A stretch of 64,000 nt of DNA from Escherichia phage vB_Eco_ZCEC15: sequence record PQ871103.1; one strand, written 5' to 3'. Position numbers and translations under genes: made by a program. Positions 17,223-26,569 of this stretch are shown piece after piece. How positions within the stretch are numbered: the stretch's first letter is position 1; each line of letters starts with the position of its first letter. Below the pieces are notes generated by a model. It ran no database searches and had not been told where the DNA came from. It saw nothing but the letters and a program-made list of their open reading frames with translations.

Positions 17223-17815
17223 TTATTTCAGAGAATTAATGTATTCCTGAACATCGGCAGAGGTAGTTTCAACCCCAGAAATATTACCATTAAAGGTTTC
17301 AACTCGAGCAAGGGTATCTTCAATATCAACCTTAGTCAGTGCTGCAATTTCAACTACATCATCTGCAGCACTAATTCCAAGGGCATTTGCCGCACGAGTT
17401 TCACGGATATATTCCAATTTAACTGCAAGCTCTTGACGAGCATCATCTAACTCAACTACTTTCTTGGCGATTTCAATTCGCATTTCAGCATAACCGTCAG
17501 CCTTAGTAGTCAACTGCTCAGCTGTTCGACGATATAGTAAACCAAGTTTAGCATGCATTGTTACATCTTGACCTTCGGAAAGAAGTTTACGAATTTCACG
17601 CTCTTTTGATTCAGCCTGTCGATTCTTTTCGACAATAAGTTCACGAATACGTTTTTCTTCATTAATAGATTTAACAGAAGCAGTTTTAGATCTTTAATTT
17701 TATCAAGTAGTTTTGCTGCCGCAGCAGTATACTGTTCTTCAACAGATAAATTTTTAGCCATAGCAGAACCAAGTTTAGTGCGAATAAACTCAACAATTTT
17801 CTTCAGTGTGTTCAT
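17223..17815 (-). pseudogene. coiled-coil protein gene interrupted by apparent 1-nt frameshift
   Basis: Two ORFs (17561-17815 and 17223-17558) overlap in different frames; downstream frame reads as good protein up to a stop at 17694-17696, upstream frame becomes low-complexity LLLLNLL; shift site near AAAA run ~17684-17692. Confidence 0.5.
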
Positions 17816-17842
17816 AGTATTTCCTTAGGTTGATACAATTAG

Positions 17843-17872
17843 ATAATATCACGTTTTTAATAGATTGTAAAC
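17843..17872 (-). promoter_or_regulatory. T4-type early promoter
   Basis: GTTTAC-N18-TATTAT upstream of the frameshifted gene start 17815. Confidence 0.55.
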
Positions 17873-18208
17873 TTATTCTTCGTCTATCTCATCGATAAAG
17901 ACGTCAATGGCCTCGATAACGGCATCATTGATAGCCAATAAAGTAAAATCATCGTCAGTGCCTTTAGAAGATTCTAAAGCATTGATATATGCTTGGTTAG
18001 CAAGTTCCCAAGCCTTTTTAAAATAAGGAGCTTCATCATCAGGGCCAACGAAACGTACACCTTCAAAGATACGGTTAGCATAATCCAATACCCACTGTAC
18101 AGGCATGTTTTGAGAGCGTTCGTTAAACTCTTTAAATTCCTTAGATTCAAAAAGCTCTTCGGGATAATAATTTCGATTACAAAAAGCTTTACTAAAGTTA
18201 CGTTTCAT
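17873..18208 (-). CDS. hypothetical acidic protein (111 aa)
   Basis: ORF with acidic C-terminus; early promoter -35 overlaps its stop. Confidence 0.5.
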   Translation of the reverse strand: MKRNFSKAFCNRNYYPEELFESKEFKEFNERSQNMPVQWVLDYANRIFEGVRFVGPDDEAPYFKKAWELANQAYINALESSKGTDDDFTLLAINDAVIEAIDVFIDEIDEE

Positions 18209-18263
18209 AATGTTCTCCTCAAGTTACAGGCTCATAATATCTCAATCATGAGCCTGTGTAAAC

Positions 18264-18527
18264 TTATTTCATATTATTGAAATATTCTTCTGCGATTTCG
18301 TCGTTATCATGGTAAACTTTAGAAGACAGTTTAACATAACCTTCTGCTGTGAACATATTAATCACAACTTTTACAGTATACCACTGACCGTCTTCATTAC
18401 CCATTACTGCGTAAGTTTCAAACATCGGATGATCAGGACCGATAACTTTAATATCATTCACTGTACGACCGAAATCTTCTGAAACGCATTTCATAAAGAA
18501 GTTGAACAGTTCGCCGTAATTATCCAT
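18264..18527 (-). CDS. hypothetical protein (~87 aa)
   Basis: Start adjusted to ATG 18525-18527 after GGAG; the track's extra N-terminal codons are the promoter -10 read in frame. Confidence 0.5.
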   Translation of the reverse strand: MDNYGELFNFFMKCVSEDFGRTVNDIKVIGPDHPMFETYAVMGNEDGQWYTVKVVINMFTAEGYVKLSSKVYHDNDEIAEEYFNNMK

Positions 18528-18571
18528 TTCATTCTCCAAGTTGTTTTTCTGTATCAGTAGTTGATAGTTGT

Positions 18572-18601
18572 ATAGTACCATGGAAGAACAGGGATGTAAA
18601 C
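18572..18601 (-). promoter_or_regulatory. T4-type early promoter
   Basis: GTTTAC-N18-TACTAT; exact 22-mer repeat copy. Confidence 0.6.
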
Positions 18602-18735
18602 AGTTTTGTGAAAAAAATTTTTAAAAAGTTTTAGGGAATTCTAGGGTCAGGAGGGACAATTAAAAGGTAGGATAATATATTATAAAGGGTATAAACTAAA
18701 TGATGCCTAGAGAGACAAGGAAAGGCCTAGATACC

Positions 18736-18763
18736 AAAAAGCCCCAACCTTTTGGTCGGGGCT
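18736..18763 (-). terminator. rho-independent terminator after internal-protein-like gene
   Basis: Hairpin AGCCCCGACC-AAAA-GGTTGGGGCT plus U-run; near-identical copy at 19271-19298. Confidence 0.7.
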
Positions 18764-18770
18764 AAGAATG

Positions 18771-19232
18771 TTATTTGATTTGTTTAGCAGACCAAATGCG
18801 GTCTTTGATGATTTTTTGGAGGTCTTCAACATACTCTAGGTCATGAGCATGTGGATTATCTTTGAAACTATGAGCTCGCGCAAGTTTCTGGCCTTCGGTC
18901 TTAATTATCAAAAGTTCTTTAAGAATTGCTTCATACCTAGAGATAATTCCTTTAGCAATATTTTTTTCTTGTGCTGCTTTAGGGTCAGCCTTAGGAGCAG
19001 GTTTACCAGAAGGTTTTTCGAAAGCCGCGCCAGTAGCAACCAGGCTTTTCCAGGCGGTGGTAACATAGTTACCCACAAAGCCTTCAGCTCTCATATCGTC
19101 GTAGAACTTGTACCGAGATTCGTCAGAAGCATCTTTATAAGAATATTTACCAGCTTTAATAGCAGCAGTTGCTACAGCGCGAACATCTGAAGCGGATGCT
19201 TCGGTCATTAAAAATTGAGCATAAGTTTTCAT
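18771..19232 (-). CDS. internal-protein-like capsid-targeted protein (153 aa)
   Basis: N-terminus MKTYAQFLMTE resembles the T4 capsid targeting sequence MKTYQEFIAE; late promoter TATAAATA and AGGAAA RBS upstream; own terminator. Confidence 0.65.
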   Translation of the reverse strand: MKTYAQFLMTEASASDVRAVATAAIKAGKYSYKDASDESRYKFYDDMRAEGFVGNYVTTAWKSLVATGAAFEKPSGKPAPKADPKAAQEKNIAKGIISRYEAILKELLIIKTEGQKLARAHSFKDNPHAHDLEYVEDLQKIIKDRIWSAKQIK

Positions 19233-19260
19233 TGTTATTTCCTGTGTTAATTAACTCATC

Positions 19261-19268
19261 TATTTATA
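19261..19268 (-). promoter_or_regulatory. late promoter (TATAAATA)
   Basis: Exact TATAAATA on minus strand 30 nt upstream of internal-protein-like gene. Confidence 0.55.
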
Positions 19269-19270
19269 CT

Positions 19271-19298
19271 AAAAAGCCCCAACCTTTCGGTCGGGGCT
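19271..19298 (-). terminator. rho-independent terminator after tRNA/small-RNA cluster
   Basis: Hairpin AGCCCCGACC-GAAA-GGTTGGGGCT plus UUUUU. Confidence 0.7.
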
Positions 19299-19612
19299 AA
19301 GCCTTGCGGCAACCTTGTCGGGGTTCCACCTGCTAAGGCAAGTGTTTGTACGAAACGCCGGGATTCGAACCCGGTTATTAAGTAGTTGACGCTACTCAAT
19401 ATTTTTAAAAGGCCATATCTCGACCATATCCGAACGTTCCGTCAAAAACGCTACTCGGCTTACGGCAAAGATATTTCCTCGAATCGATAATTCGGTGCGC
19501 CGTTTCTGCTGTGATGTAAGAGGGCATCAATAAACGTGAAGATTATTAACGCAATTCCTTACTCAGGGAACATCAGTCCGACGACTTACCGGTAGCGACC
19601 CGGTTTCTTGTT
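19299..19612 (-). ncRNA. small stable RNA region (T4 species 1/2 RNA position, rnaC/rnaD-like)
   Basis: ~310 nt non-coding between tRNA-Arg and a terminator; contains tRNA-like T-arm CCGGGTTCGAATCCCGG (plus 19358-19375); individual boundaries not resolved. Confidence 0.4.
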
Positions 19613-19689
<77 letters not shown>

Positions 19690-19692
19690 TAA

Positions 19693-20358
19693 TTAAAATT
19701 TCATTTTTCTACCTTTAAACCATCCTTCTGGAATTGGGTCAGTTTTCTTAATACGTTTAGAAACTTTTTCATCTAATGAATGAATCCACATCATACCAAA
19801 TTGGGAATTCTTTTCACCTTGTTGGTGTTTATTTTTGGCGTGAGATTCTTTCATTTTATTAATAGTTTCAGGAGTATGATGCTTATTTAAAAATCTGCTA
19901 TTATTTAAAAATTTTTCCCTGTATTCAGGAGTTGACCACAAACGTTTAAATACATTTGAACCATGTTTACGATATTTTTCTTGAAGTAAAATATCATTTT
20001 TAAAACGTGACTTAAACGATTTAGCTCCTTTTAAACTAGCGTCTTTCTTCTGATTTAGCATCTCAGGAATATTTATATGGTCCCATCCACCTTCACCACC
20101 AAGTTTTAAATTATACACATCTGGTCTATTTAAAAACTCTTCTGTGACAATATTTTTCTCGGCTTCAAGCATAGATTCTTTATCATCAAAATACTCTAAT
20201 ATTTCTTTAGAGAAATTTTCTATACCATACTTGTCTTGGGCTCTTTTTAATAATTTACCAGAACCCATATATCCATCATCTAAATTTTCGGTAGAATGCA
20301 CACCAATATAAATTTTATTATTAATTTTATTTGTTATTTTATAAGTGTAATGGAACAT
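19693..20358 (-). CDS. segB: GIY-YIG homing endonuclease
   Basis: 221 aa; N-terminal YTYKITNKINNKIYIGVHS...GYMGSG GIY-YIG motif; located inside the tRNA cluster as T4 segB. Confidence 0.85.
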   Translation of the reverse strand: MFHYTYKITNKINNKIYIGVHSTENLDDGYMGSGKLLKRAQDKYGIENFSKEILEYFDDKESMLEAEKNIVTEEFLNRPDVYNLKLGGEGGWDHINIPEMLNQKKDASLKGAKSFKSRFKNDILLQEKYRKHGSNVFKRLWSTPEYREKFLNNSRFLNKHHTPETINKMKESHAKNKHQQGEKNSQFGMMWIHSLDEKVSKRIKKTDPIPEGWFKGRKMKF

Positions 20359-20399
20359 AAATATCTCCTATTTCTAAGAGTATTTATGTTCCCAAAATA

Positions 20400-20471
20400 T
20401 GGCCCTGGGTGGAATTGAACCACCATCTGGCGATTATGAGTCGCTTGCTTGAACCTTCCAGCTACAGGGCC
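20400..20471 (-). tRNA. tRNA-Ile (anticodon CAU, lysidine-type)
   Basis: Acceptor GGCCCTG/CAGGGCC, anticodon loop CTCATAA, T-arm GGTGGTTCAATTCCACC; no encoded CCA. Confidence 0.8.
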
Positions 20472-20472
20472 T

Positions 20473-20548
20473 TGGTGCTGATTGACGGAATCGAACCGCC
20501 GACGTCCTCATTACAAGTGAGGTGCTCTACCTACTGAGCTAAATCAGC
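20473..20548 (-). tRNA. tRNA-Thr (anticodon UGU)
   Basis: GCTGATTTAGCTCAGTAGGTAGAGC..., anticodon loop CTTGTAA, T-loop GGTTCGATTCC, encoded CCA. Confidence 0.85.
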
Positions 20549-20555
20549 GAAATTA

Positions 20556-20642
20556 CGGAGGCGATAGGATTTGAACCTATGAGTCGCCGGAGCGACTGCC
20601 GGTTTTCAAGACCGGTGCATTAAACCACTCTGCCACGCCTCC
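20556..20642 (-). tRNA. tRNA-Ser (anticodon UGA)
   Basis: Class II tRNA with long variable arm; acceptor GGAGGCG/CGCCTCC, anticodon loop CTTGAAA, T-loop GGTTCAAATCC. Confidence 0.85.
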
Positions 20643-20644
20643 AG

Positions 20645-20718
20645 TCTCCATACAAGGATTTGAACCTTGGACCTCCTGATCCCAAATCAGGCGCTCTACC
20701 AAACTGAGCTACACGGAG
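20645..20718 (-). tRNA. tRNA-Pro (anticodon UGG)
   Basis: TAGCTCAGTTTGGTAGAGC D-arm, anticodon loop TTTGGGA, T-loop GGTTCAAATCC. Confidence 0.85.
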
Positions 20719-20728
20719 TAAATTAAAT

Positions 20729-20802
<74 letters not shown>

Positions 20803-20807
20803 AAATT

Positions 20808-20894
20808 TGGTGCGAGAAGTGGGACTCGAACCCACAAGGAAATCATTCCGCAGCATTTTAAGTGCTGTGCCTTTACCAATTTGACCATTCTCGC
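20808..20894 (-). tRNA. tRNA-Leu (anticodon UAA)
   Basis: Class II tRNA; acceptor GCGAGAA, anticodon loop CTTAAAA, long variable arm, T-loop GGTTCGAGTCC, encoded CCA. Confidence 0.85.
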
Positions 20895-20895
20895 G

Positions 20896-20968
20896 CTGGG
20901 AATAAAGGACTCGAACCTTTGCATCCTGGAATCAAAATCCAGTGCCTTACCAACTTGGCTAATTCCCA
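20896..20968 (-). tRNA. tRNA-Gln (anticodon UUG)
   Basis: Acceptor TGGGAAT/ATTCCCA, anticodon loop TTTTGAT, T-loop GGTTCGAGTCC; 1-nt spacer to tRNA-Leu. Confidence 0.85.
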
Positions 20969-21054
20969 ATTATTAACAAAGGCTCTTAAGCAAGAACCCT
21001 TGATGATAGAGGGTATTAATCAGTGCGATATGAGTTAATAATAACAAATAATTC

Positions 21055-21579
21055 TTAAAGCAAATTAAACATTTTAACGGTCGGCAAAACAATTTCTTCT
21101 TCTATATAAGAGTATTTAACACTCTCAACTACACGCAAAAAATCATAATCATAATACTCAGAAGCATTACCTAAAATATTAATAAGTCCTTCAAGCACCT
21201 TATTACTATTCACAAAGAATAAGTCAAATACACGTTCTTCATCTTCTTCAGATTTATTACCAAGATCAACTTCTATGCGAAAGACCTTTTTAATGAATTC
21301 TGGATAAAGCTGATCTGAGAACAGTCCTTCAACCAAGTATTCATAAATAAAAAGAGATTGCTCGCTGAACAAACCATTACCACAATAGCGCTCAATTTTA
21401 GTACTAGAATATCTGCTTTTAAACTTCTTTAAAAGATACTGAAATTGTAAGATTTCATGCTCTTCTACGCCAAACAGTGTTTTGGTTTTATAGTTGTCAC
21501 CATCATTTTCCCAGGTAGTGACATCAATTACGTAACCCTGCGGAATTGTAGTACCCAAACAAATATTCATTTTCACCAC
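21055..21579 (-). CDS. hypothetical protein (174 aa)
   Basis: ORF in operon between internal-protein genes and tRNA cluster. Confidence 0.5.
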   Translation of the reverse strand: MVKMNICLGTTIPQGYVIDVTTWENDGDNYKTKTLFGVEEHEILQFQYLLKKFKSRYSSTKIERYCGNGLFSEQSLFIYEYLVEGLFSDQLYPEFIKKVFRIEVDLGNKSEEDEERVFDLFFVNSNKVLEGLINILGNASEYYDYDFLRVVESVKYSYIEEEIVLPTVKMFNLL

Positions 21580-21863
21580 GCTGCATTAATGTAAGTATAT
21601 TTAATACATTCAAGACCCAAAGGATTCTTGAAAATATCATATTCAAGAGGACCTTTTTCTGTTTCGATAAAGAAATCAAAATTTACTGTATTAAATTTAC
21701 GGTCTTCCTTCACTAATTTAACTTGTGAAGATGAACGGTCAATGTAAACCTTTTCAACTTCAAAATATGTTAAAATGCCATAATCATCAATCAAAGCTTT
21801 AGCCGCGTCTTGATCATATTTATATCCATTTTCAATGGATGATACTTTCGCATAAAGAATCAT
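21573..21863 (-). CDS. hypothetical protein (96 aa)
   Basis: ORF, overlapping neighbours by a few nt. Confidence 0.5.
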   Translation of the reverse strand: MILYAKVSSIENGYKYDQDAAKALIDDYGILTYFEVEKVYIDRSSSQVKLVKEDRKFNTVNFDFFIETEKGPLEYDIFKNPLGLECIKYTYINAAW

Positions 21864-21865
21864 TA

Positions 21866-22264
21866 TCAGCCTTCATCAACAATAGTGTGAGTATTAGCAT
21901 TTACAATTTGCCACCAATCAAAGCGATTAGAATCCATCGGTTTGTTTTCATTTTCTTTGATAATGTCACGGAGTTCATCTTCAGAGAATGCTTTAGCAAT
22001 TAAATCGGTATACCCACCACGGGGATAATAATTATCACCTGCAAACAAAAGGAAATTTACCTTCCCGGAAGCAACATATGCTTCCTTAGGATACTTGTTT
22101 CCTGCGTGGTCAACCACTTCAATATAACGGTAAGGAATATCGGTTCTTTCAACCCATTGCCATGCCGCCGCAGGGGAATCGAAAGCATCTACACCTAAAC
22201 GATTATCTTCATCTTTAGACGGATTATTTTCGTAATCCGCATATACATAATATTCAACGTTCAT
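21866..22264 (-). CDS. hypothetical protein (132 aa)
   Basis: ORF. Confidence 0.5.
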   Translation of the reverse strand: MNVEYYVYADYENNPSKDEDNRLGVDAFDSPAAAWQWVERTDIPYRYIEVVDHAGNKYPKEAYVASGKVNFLLFAGDNYYPRGGYTDLIAKAFSEDELRDIIKENENKPMDSNRFDWWQIVNANTHTIVDEG

Positions 22265-22449
22265 TATTCACCTTTAGAAATTTTATCCATAACAATAGCA
22301 ATTAAACCAATTAAAAATGCTACTACAAGTGAAAACACATTTTCTGCTGTAGTCAATAATCCACATATAAATCCAACAAACATTGAAAAACTAAAAGCGG
22401 AAGCAGAAATTGCAATAGCAACATTTCGAATTAATTCACAACGTTTCAT
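22264..22449 (-). CDS. small membrane protein (61 aa)
   Basis: Hydrophobic ORF; GAGGAG RBS and early promoter upstream. Confidence 0.5.
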   Translation of the reverse strand: MKRCELIRNVAIAISASAFSFSMFVGFICGLLTTAENVFSLVVAFLIGLIAIVMDKISKGE

Positions 22450-22477
22450 TTTATTCTCCTCAGTAGTAAATAGGGTA

Positions 22478-22507
22478 ATAGTATCACTACCCTATCTAAA
22501 AGTAAAC
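22478..22507 (-). promoter_or_regulatory. early promoter within stem-loop (PeSL-like)
   Basis: GTTTAC-N18-TACTAT embedded in hairpin ATAGGGTA...TACCCTAT. Confidence 0.6.
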
Positions 22508-22741
22508 TTATTTTTTACGAAAAATTGATTTATTTTCTGCTGCCCATTTTTCAATAACTGCAGCAGGACCAGTAACAACAATTTTATCACCGTAATCTTC
22601 TGCGGCGAGTTGACCGAAATTATCTAATGCATCACGAAGAACTCCATGAGGCATTTCACCCATTTTATCTTTCTTGCCAGTGTAAATAAACTCAACTTTT
22701 ACATCAGCAGTTTCAGCAATAAATTCTTGGTAAGTTTTCAT
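22508..22741 (-). CDS. internal protein (capsid-targeted), ~77 aa
   Basis: Starts MKTYQEFIAE, the T4 capsid targeting sequence as recalled; start adjusted to second ATG; own early promoter. Confidence 0.7.
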   Translation of the reverse strand: MKTYQEFIAETADVKVEFIYTGKKDKMGEMPHGVLRDALDNFGQLAAEDYGDKIVVTGPAAVIEKWAAENKSIFRKK

Positions 22742-22775
22742 TTTGATTTCCATTTGGTTTTGTTTTGATAGGGTA

Positions 22776-22805
22776 ATAGTATCACAACTAAAACCCTATG
22801 TAAAC
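22776..22805 (-). promoter_or_regulatory. early promoter within stem-loop (PeSL-like), internal protein gene
   Basis: AAAGTTGTTTACA-N17-TACTAT; 30-nt 3' flank identical to the copy at 23125-23155. Confidence 0.6.
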
Positions 22806-22817
22806 AACTTTGTGAAA

Positions 22818-23075
22818 TTATTTTAAATCTTCTAATCGTTTCTTCATCTTAGAACCATTTTTAGCAATTTCTCCTGCATCGGAGCATAATGCTAAAAGTG
22901 CTTTAACTTTAGTTTGGTCTCCTTTAAAAGATGAAGGATCGACCGCAGCAGCAAGTTCTTTAATACGAGAGAAAAGACGCTCAGCTTCAGCTAAAGCCAT
23001 TCCAAGCTTTACTTCCATACCGTGGGAAGATTCAGTGATAGTAGTTTTTGTAGCAAACTCTTTGAAAGTTTTCAT
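22818..23075 (-). CDS. internal protein (capsid-targeted), 85 aa
   Basis: Starts MKTFKEFATK (CTS-like); own early promoter; ipI position next to 57B. Confidence 0.65.
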   Translation of the reverse strand: MKTFKEFATKTTITESSHGMEVKLGMALAEAERLFSRIKELAAAVDPSSFKGDQTKVKALLALCSDAGEIAKNGSKMKKRLEDLK

Positions 23076-23106
23076 TTTTATTTTCCTAATTAATTTTGAT
23101 GAGGTA

Positions 23107-23136
23107 ATAGTATCACTACCTCATCAGTATGTAAAC
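23107..23136 (-). promoter_or_regulatory. early promoter within stem-loop (PeSL-like), internal protein gene
   Basis: AAAGTTGTTTACA-N17-TACTAT within hairpin GATGAGGTA...TACCTCATC. Confidence 0.6.
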
Positions 23137-23148
23137 AACTTTGTGAAA

Positions 23149-23833
<685 letters not shown>

Positions 23834-23834
<1 letters not shown>

Positions 23835-24559
23835 TATAGTACCTTTAGTGTATTTTTAATTTTAGAAAAAAGTTCTTCAAGAGAACCATCGTTTGTAATT
23901 ACTAAATCGCCATCACGAATTGGCAATCCAGCTTCTGTAATATGTGTATCATTGGATTTTTGACCAGGACGAACTACATGAATTACTGTAGCACCCATCG
24001 CCCTAGCCGCATCCATTTCATGATCTTGACGGGTATCAGGAACGATATAATAATCATAACCTGAGTTAAATTTATCAAGATAATCTAAAGCAAATAATTT
24101 TACCCAGTACATGCGGTCGAAGTTATTAACAATCAAATCCGTACCTAGGGCTTGCATCAGACGACGGACTGACCATTGATCTTCAATATTATTTATAACG
24201 TCAATAATCTTGTTAAATGCTACGGAATTAACTGATTCTTGTCCTTCGTCATCAAAAACAAACACACCTTTAATTGGGCTTTTACCATTAAGATAGCAAA
24301 ATGCTTGTTCCATAATCGTGATTACTTCTAATTTAGTTAGATTTAAATTAGTCTCACGATCATAGTCAATTCCTTCAAACTCTTTACGAGTTAAGCAAGG
24401 ATAGTCGGTATTTGCTGCAAATACTCCCCATGCATAAGCCAATGCATCCTTAATAGGACCAGCAAGTTGGTATTTAACTGCAGAATAATTGCTCATGATA
24501 AAATCTGCAGTAGTATCTTTTCCACTACGCTTTACACCGCTTAAAAAGATTAGTTTCAT
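23834..24559 (-). CDS. 1: deoxynucleoside monophosphate kinase
   Basis: 241 aa; P-loop LSGVKRSGKDT; matches T4 gp1 start MKLIFLSGVKRSGKDTTADFI. Confidence 0.95.
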
Positions 24560-24608
24560 ATGTTTATCCTCAAATTTAGTTAAGATTATAACACATGAAA
24601 CTGAAGCA

Positions 24609-25139
24609 TTAAACTTCCGCTATAATTTTTCCATCTTTTTCTACTTGAAAATACGTATAAGGAATCGTTGCTGTACATACTAAAGCTGGGTCTGAATCTT
24701 CCGTGTAGCTAAATTCTACTTCAGACAGGTCAGAAACCCAAGGCTTATAAAAATTTATTGACATCACGATTTCAGTTTTACTATTATCTAAAATGTAAAG
24801 CGTAATGTATTCAGGACCTGTTTTTTGGGCAGTATTTTCGCCTGTAAGATAGTTACTAGTTCCTAGCATCCATTCATACATTCCTATCCACGACTTAAGC
24901 TCTTCATCAACTATAAATCTCACGATGAGTGGATCGTACTCAAACGTAACTCCTGGACGCTGTGCTCGACCTAGTCCAAACGGCCCAGTCACGGTATCAG
25001 TAACAGGTATTCTAATTCCTGGAATAGGAACTGACTGAGCATTTAAAGTAAAAGCAGATGTAGTATTACTATGTGGTATTGATACTACAAAGTTAGTTGT
25101 ATTTGCTTGGTTAAAAATTTGTTGCAGTGCTTGCGACAT
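24609..25139 (-). CDS. 3: tail completion / sheath stabilizer protein gp3
   Basis: 176 aa from ATG 25137-25139 (MSQALQQIFNQ...) with GAGGAA RBS; track ORF extends 27 codons upstream. Confidence 0.9.
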   Translation of the reverse strand: MSQALQQIFNQANTTNFVVSIPHSNTTSAFTLNAQSVPIPGIRIPVTDTVTGPFGLGRAQRPGVTFEYDPLIVRFIVDEELKSWIGMYEWMLGTSNYLTGENTAQKTGPEYITLYILDNSKTEIVMSINFYKPWVSDLSEVEFSYTEDSDPALVCTATIPYTYFQVEKDGKIIAEV

Positions 25140-25245
25140 ATATTCCTCATAATGCTTTATAAATGTTGGTGGTATAATGGGTCTAAGTCCCTTCCATTCA
25201 ATTCCAATTAGAACAAACAATAGAAAAGAATGGAAGATAATAGAA

Positions 25246-26070
25246 TTAGATATTTGACCAGACTTTGTTTGCAGAGAAACGTTTTCCTTTTGAAACGAAC
25301 TGCTGAAGTGGCATTAACACAACGTTCGCCCAGTCTTTCGGGGCGATTTCAACAAGGCTACCCATAATATTACCGGGGATATATGCCTTAATCATTTGGT
25401 CTGCACCTCTAAATCCTTTCACTTGACTCCAATCAATTTTTAATTTCGTTTTATTAGTAATAGTAGGTGTATTTGAATATTGCTTTAAAAGCTCTTCTAG
25501 AAATTGCTGACGAGCTTTAGGTGGAATATAGTGCAAGTTCAATCCGTACATTAAATTATGCTTACCTAAACCAAGGTAAATTATCAAAGGAAATTTATCC
25601 CAGTAAGGAAGAGTTTCCTTGTGTTTAGCATCATAAGCAAAAGCATATATTCGTCCCGGCTGCGGGCGAACAACTTTATGTCCTTTTACTTGCTTAATAG
25701 TTTCAGCAAACCACTTTCTGGTTTTATTATTAATTGCTGCACCTTCATTACGAATTTTATCACGCAATGTTTGTCTGAATGAATTTATCATAAGCAGTTG
25801 TCTTTCTTGCTTATTGAGTTTATTCATTGGTTTTGATTCAAGCTTTTGAATCTTTTCAGCCGTTTTAATTCCTGAAGCATATTTTGACATTGCTGAAGTA
25901 AACGTAGAGTATTTGATTCCTCTTTCTTCAGCAAATTGCTTTCCTGTCATTCCTTTTGCTTTGGCCTTTTTATATTCAAGACCTATCTGAATCCATTTCT
26001 TCTCGTTTAATGATTGCTTAACCTTTGGAACTTGGGGAGTGCTTTCATTAATTATTTGAAAAATAGCCAT
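25246..26070 (-). CDS. 2: DNA end protector protein gp2
   Basis: 274 aa, same length and position as T4 gp2. Confidence 0.9.
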   Translation of the reverse strand: MAIFQIINESTPQVPKVKQSLNEKKWIQIGLEYKKAKAKGMTGKQFAEERGIKYSTFTSAMSKYASGIKTAEKIQKLESKPMNKLNKQERQLLMINSFRQTLRDKIRNEGAAINNKTRKWFAETIKQVKGHKVVRPQPGRIYAFAYDAKHKETLPYWDKFPLIIYLGLGKHNLMYGLNLHYIPPKARQQFLEELLKQYSNTPTITNKTKLKIDWSQVKGFRGADQMIKAYIPGNIMGSLVEIAPKDWANVVLMPLQQFVSKGKRFSANKVWSNI

Positions 26071-26522
26071 TATGCCCCCTTAAAGCCAAGAGCTCGTAAT
26101 CCATCTTCTGTTAGAATTCTAAATTTTATTCCACGCTTTTCAGCTAAAGATTGTGCTGCTTTCCATTTGTCAGTATTAACAGAATATGTATAAATTTCAT
26201 TCATAAATCTTTTCTTCGCTGCAGTTGTTAGATGTGCCGGTTTAACTGGTGGTTGTGTTTCTTTTTTAGGTTTTATTTCAATAAAAAATTCTTGTCCAGA
26301 AGAATCTTTCATCCAAATATCCATGAAGTATCTACGTTTTTTCCCTTCTGCATTACAAAAATAAGGAATTACTGCTGTTTCACTACCCCATGCAATAATT
26401 TCTGGATTTTTATCTAACCATTCAAAAAAGAATTTTTCCCAATTTGATCTATACGTAATTTTTTTAGGGTCACCTCTATATTTTGATATATTTTTAGGAA
26501 CCCATTTTCCAGAATATGCCAT
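26070..26522 (-). CDS. 4: head completion protein gp4
   Basis: 150 aa; ATGA overlap with gene 2; late promoter upstream. Confidence 0.9.
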   Translation of the reverse strand: MAYSGKWVPKNISKYRGDPKKITYRSNWEKFFFEWLDKNPEIIAWGSETAVIPYFCNAEGKKRRYFMDIWMKDSSGQEFFIEIKPKKETQPPVKPAHLTTAAKKRFMNEIYTYSVNTDKWKAAQSLAEKRGIKFRILTEDGLRALGFKGA

Positions 26523-26533
26523 TGGATTCTCCT

Positions 26534-26541
26534 TATAAATA
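26534..26541 (+). promoter_or_regulatory. late promoter (gene 53)
   Basis: TATAAATA ~30 nt upstream of gene 53 start. Confidence 0.65.
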
Positions 26542-26548
26542 GATAATA

Positions 26549-26556
26549 TATTTATA
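26549..26556 (-). promoter_or_regulatory. late promoter (gene 4, divergent)
   Basis: TATAAATA on minus strand ~27 nt upstream of gene 4 start. Confidence 0.6.
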
Positions 26557-26569
26557 AACAGGAGGGCCC

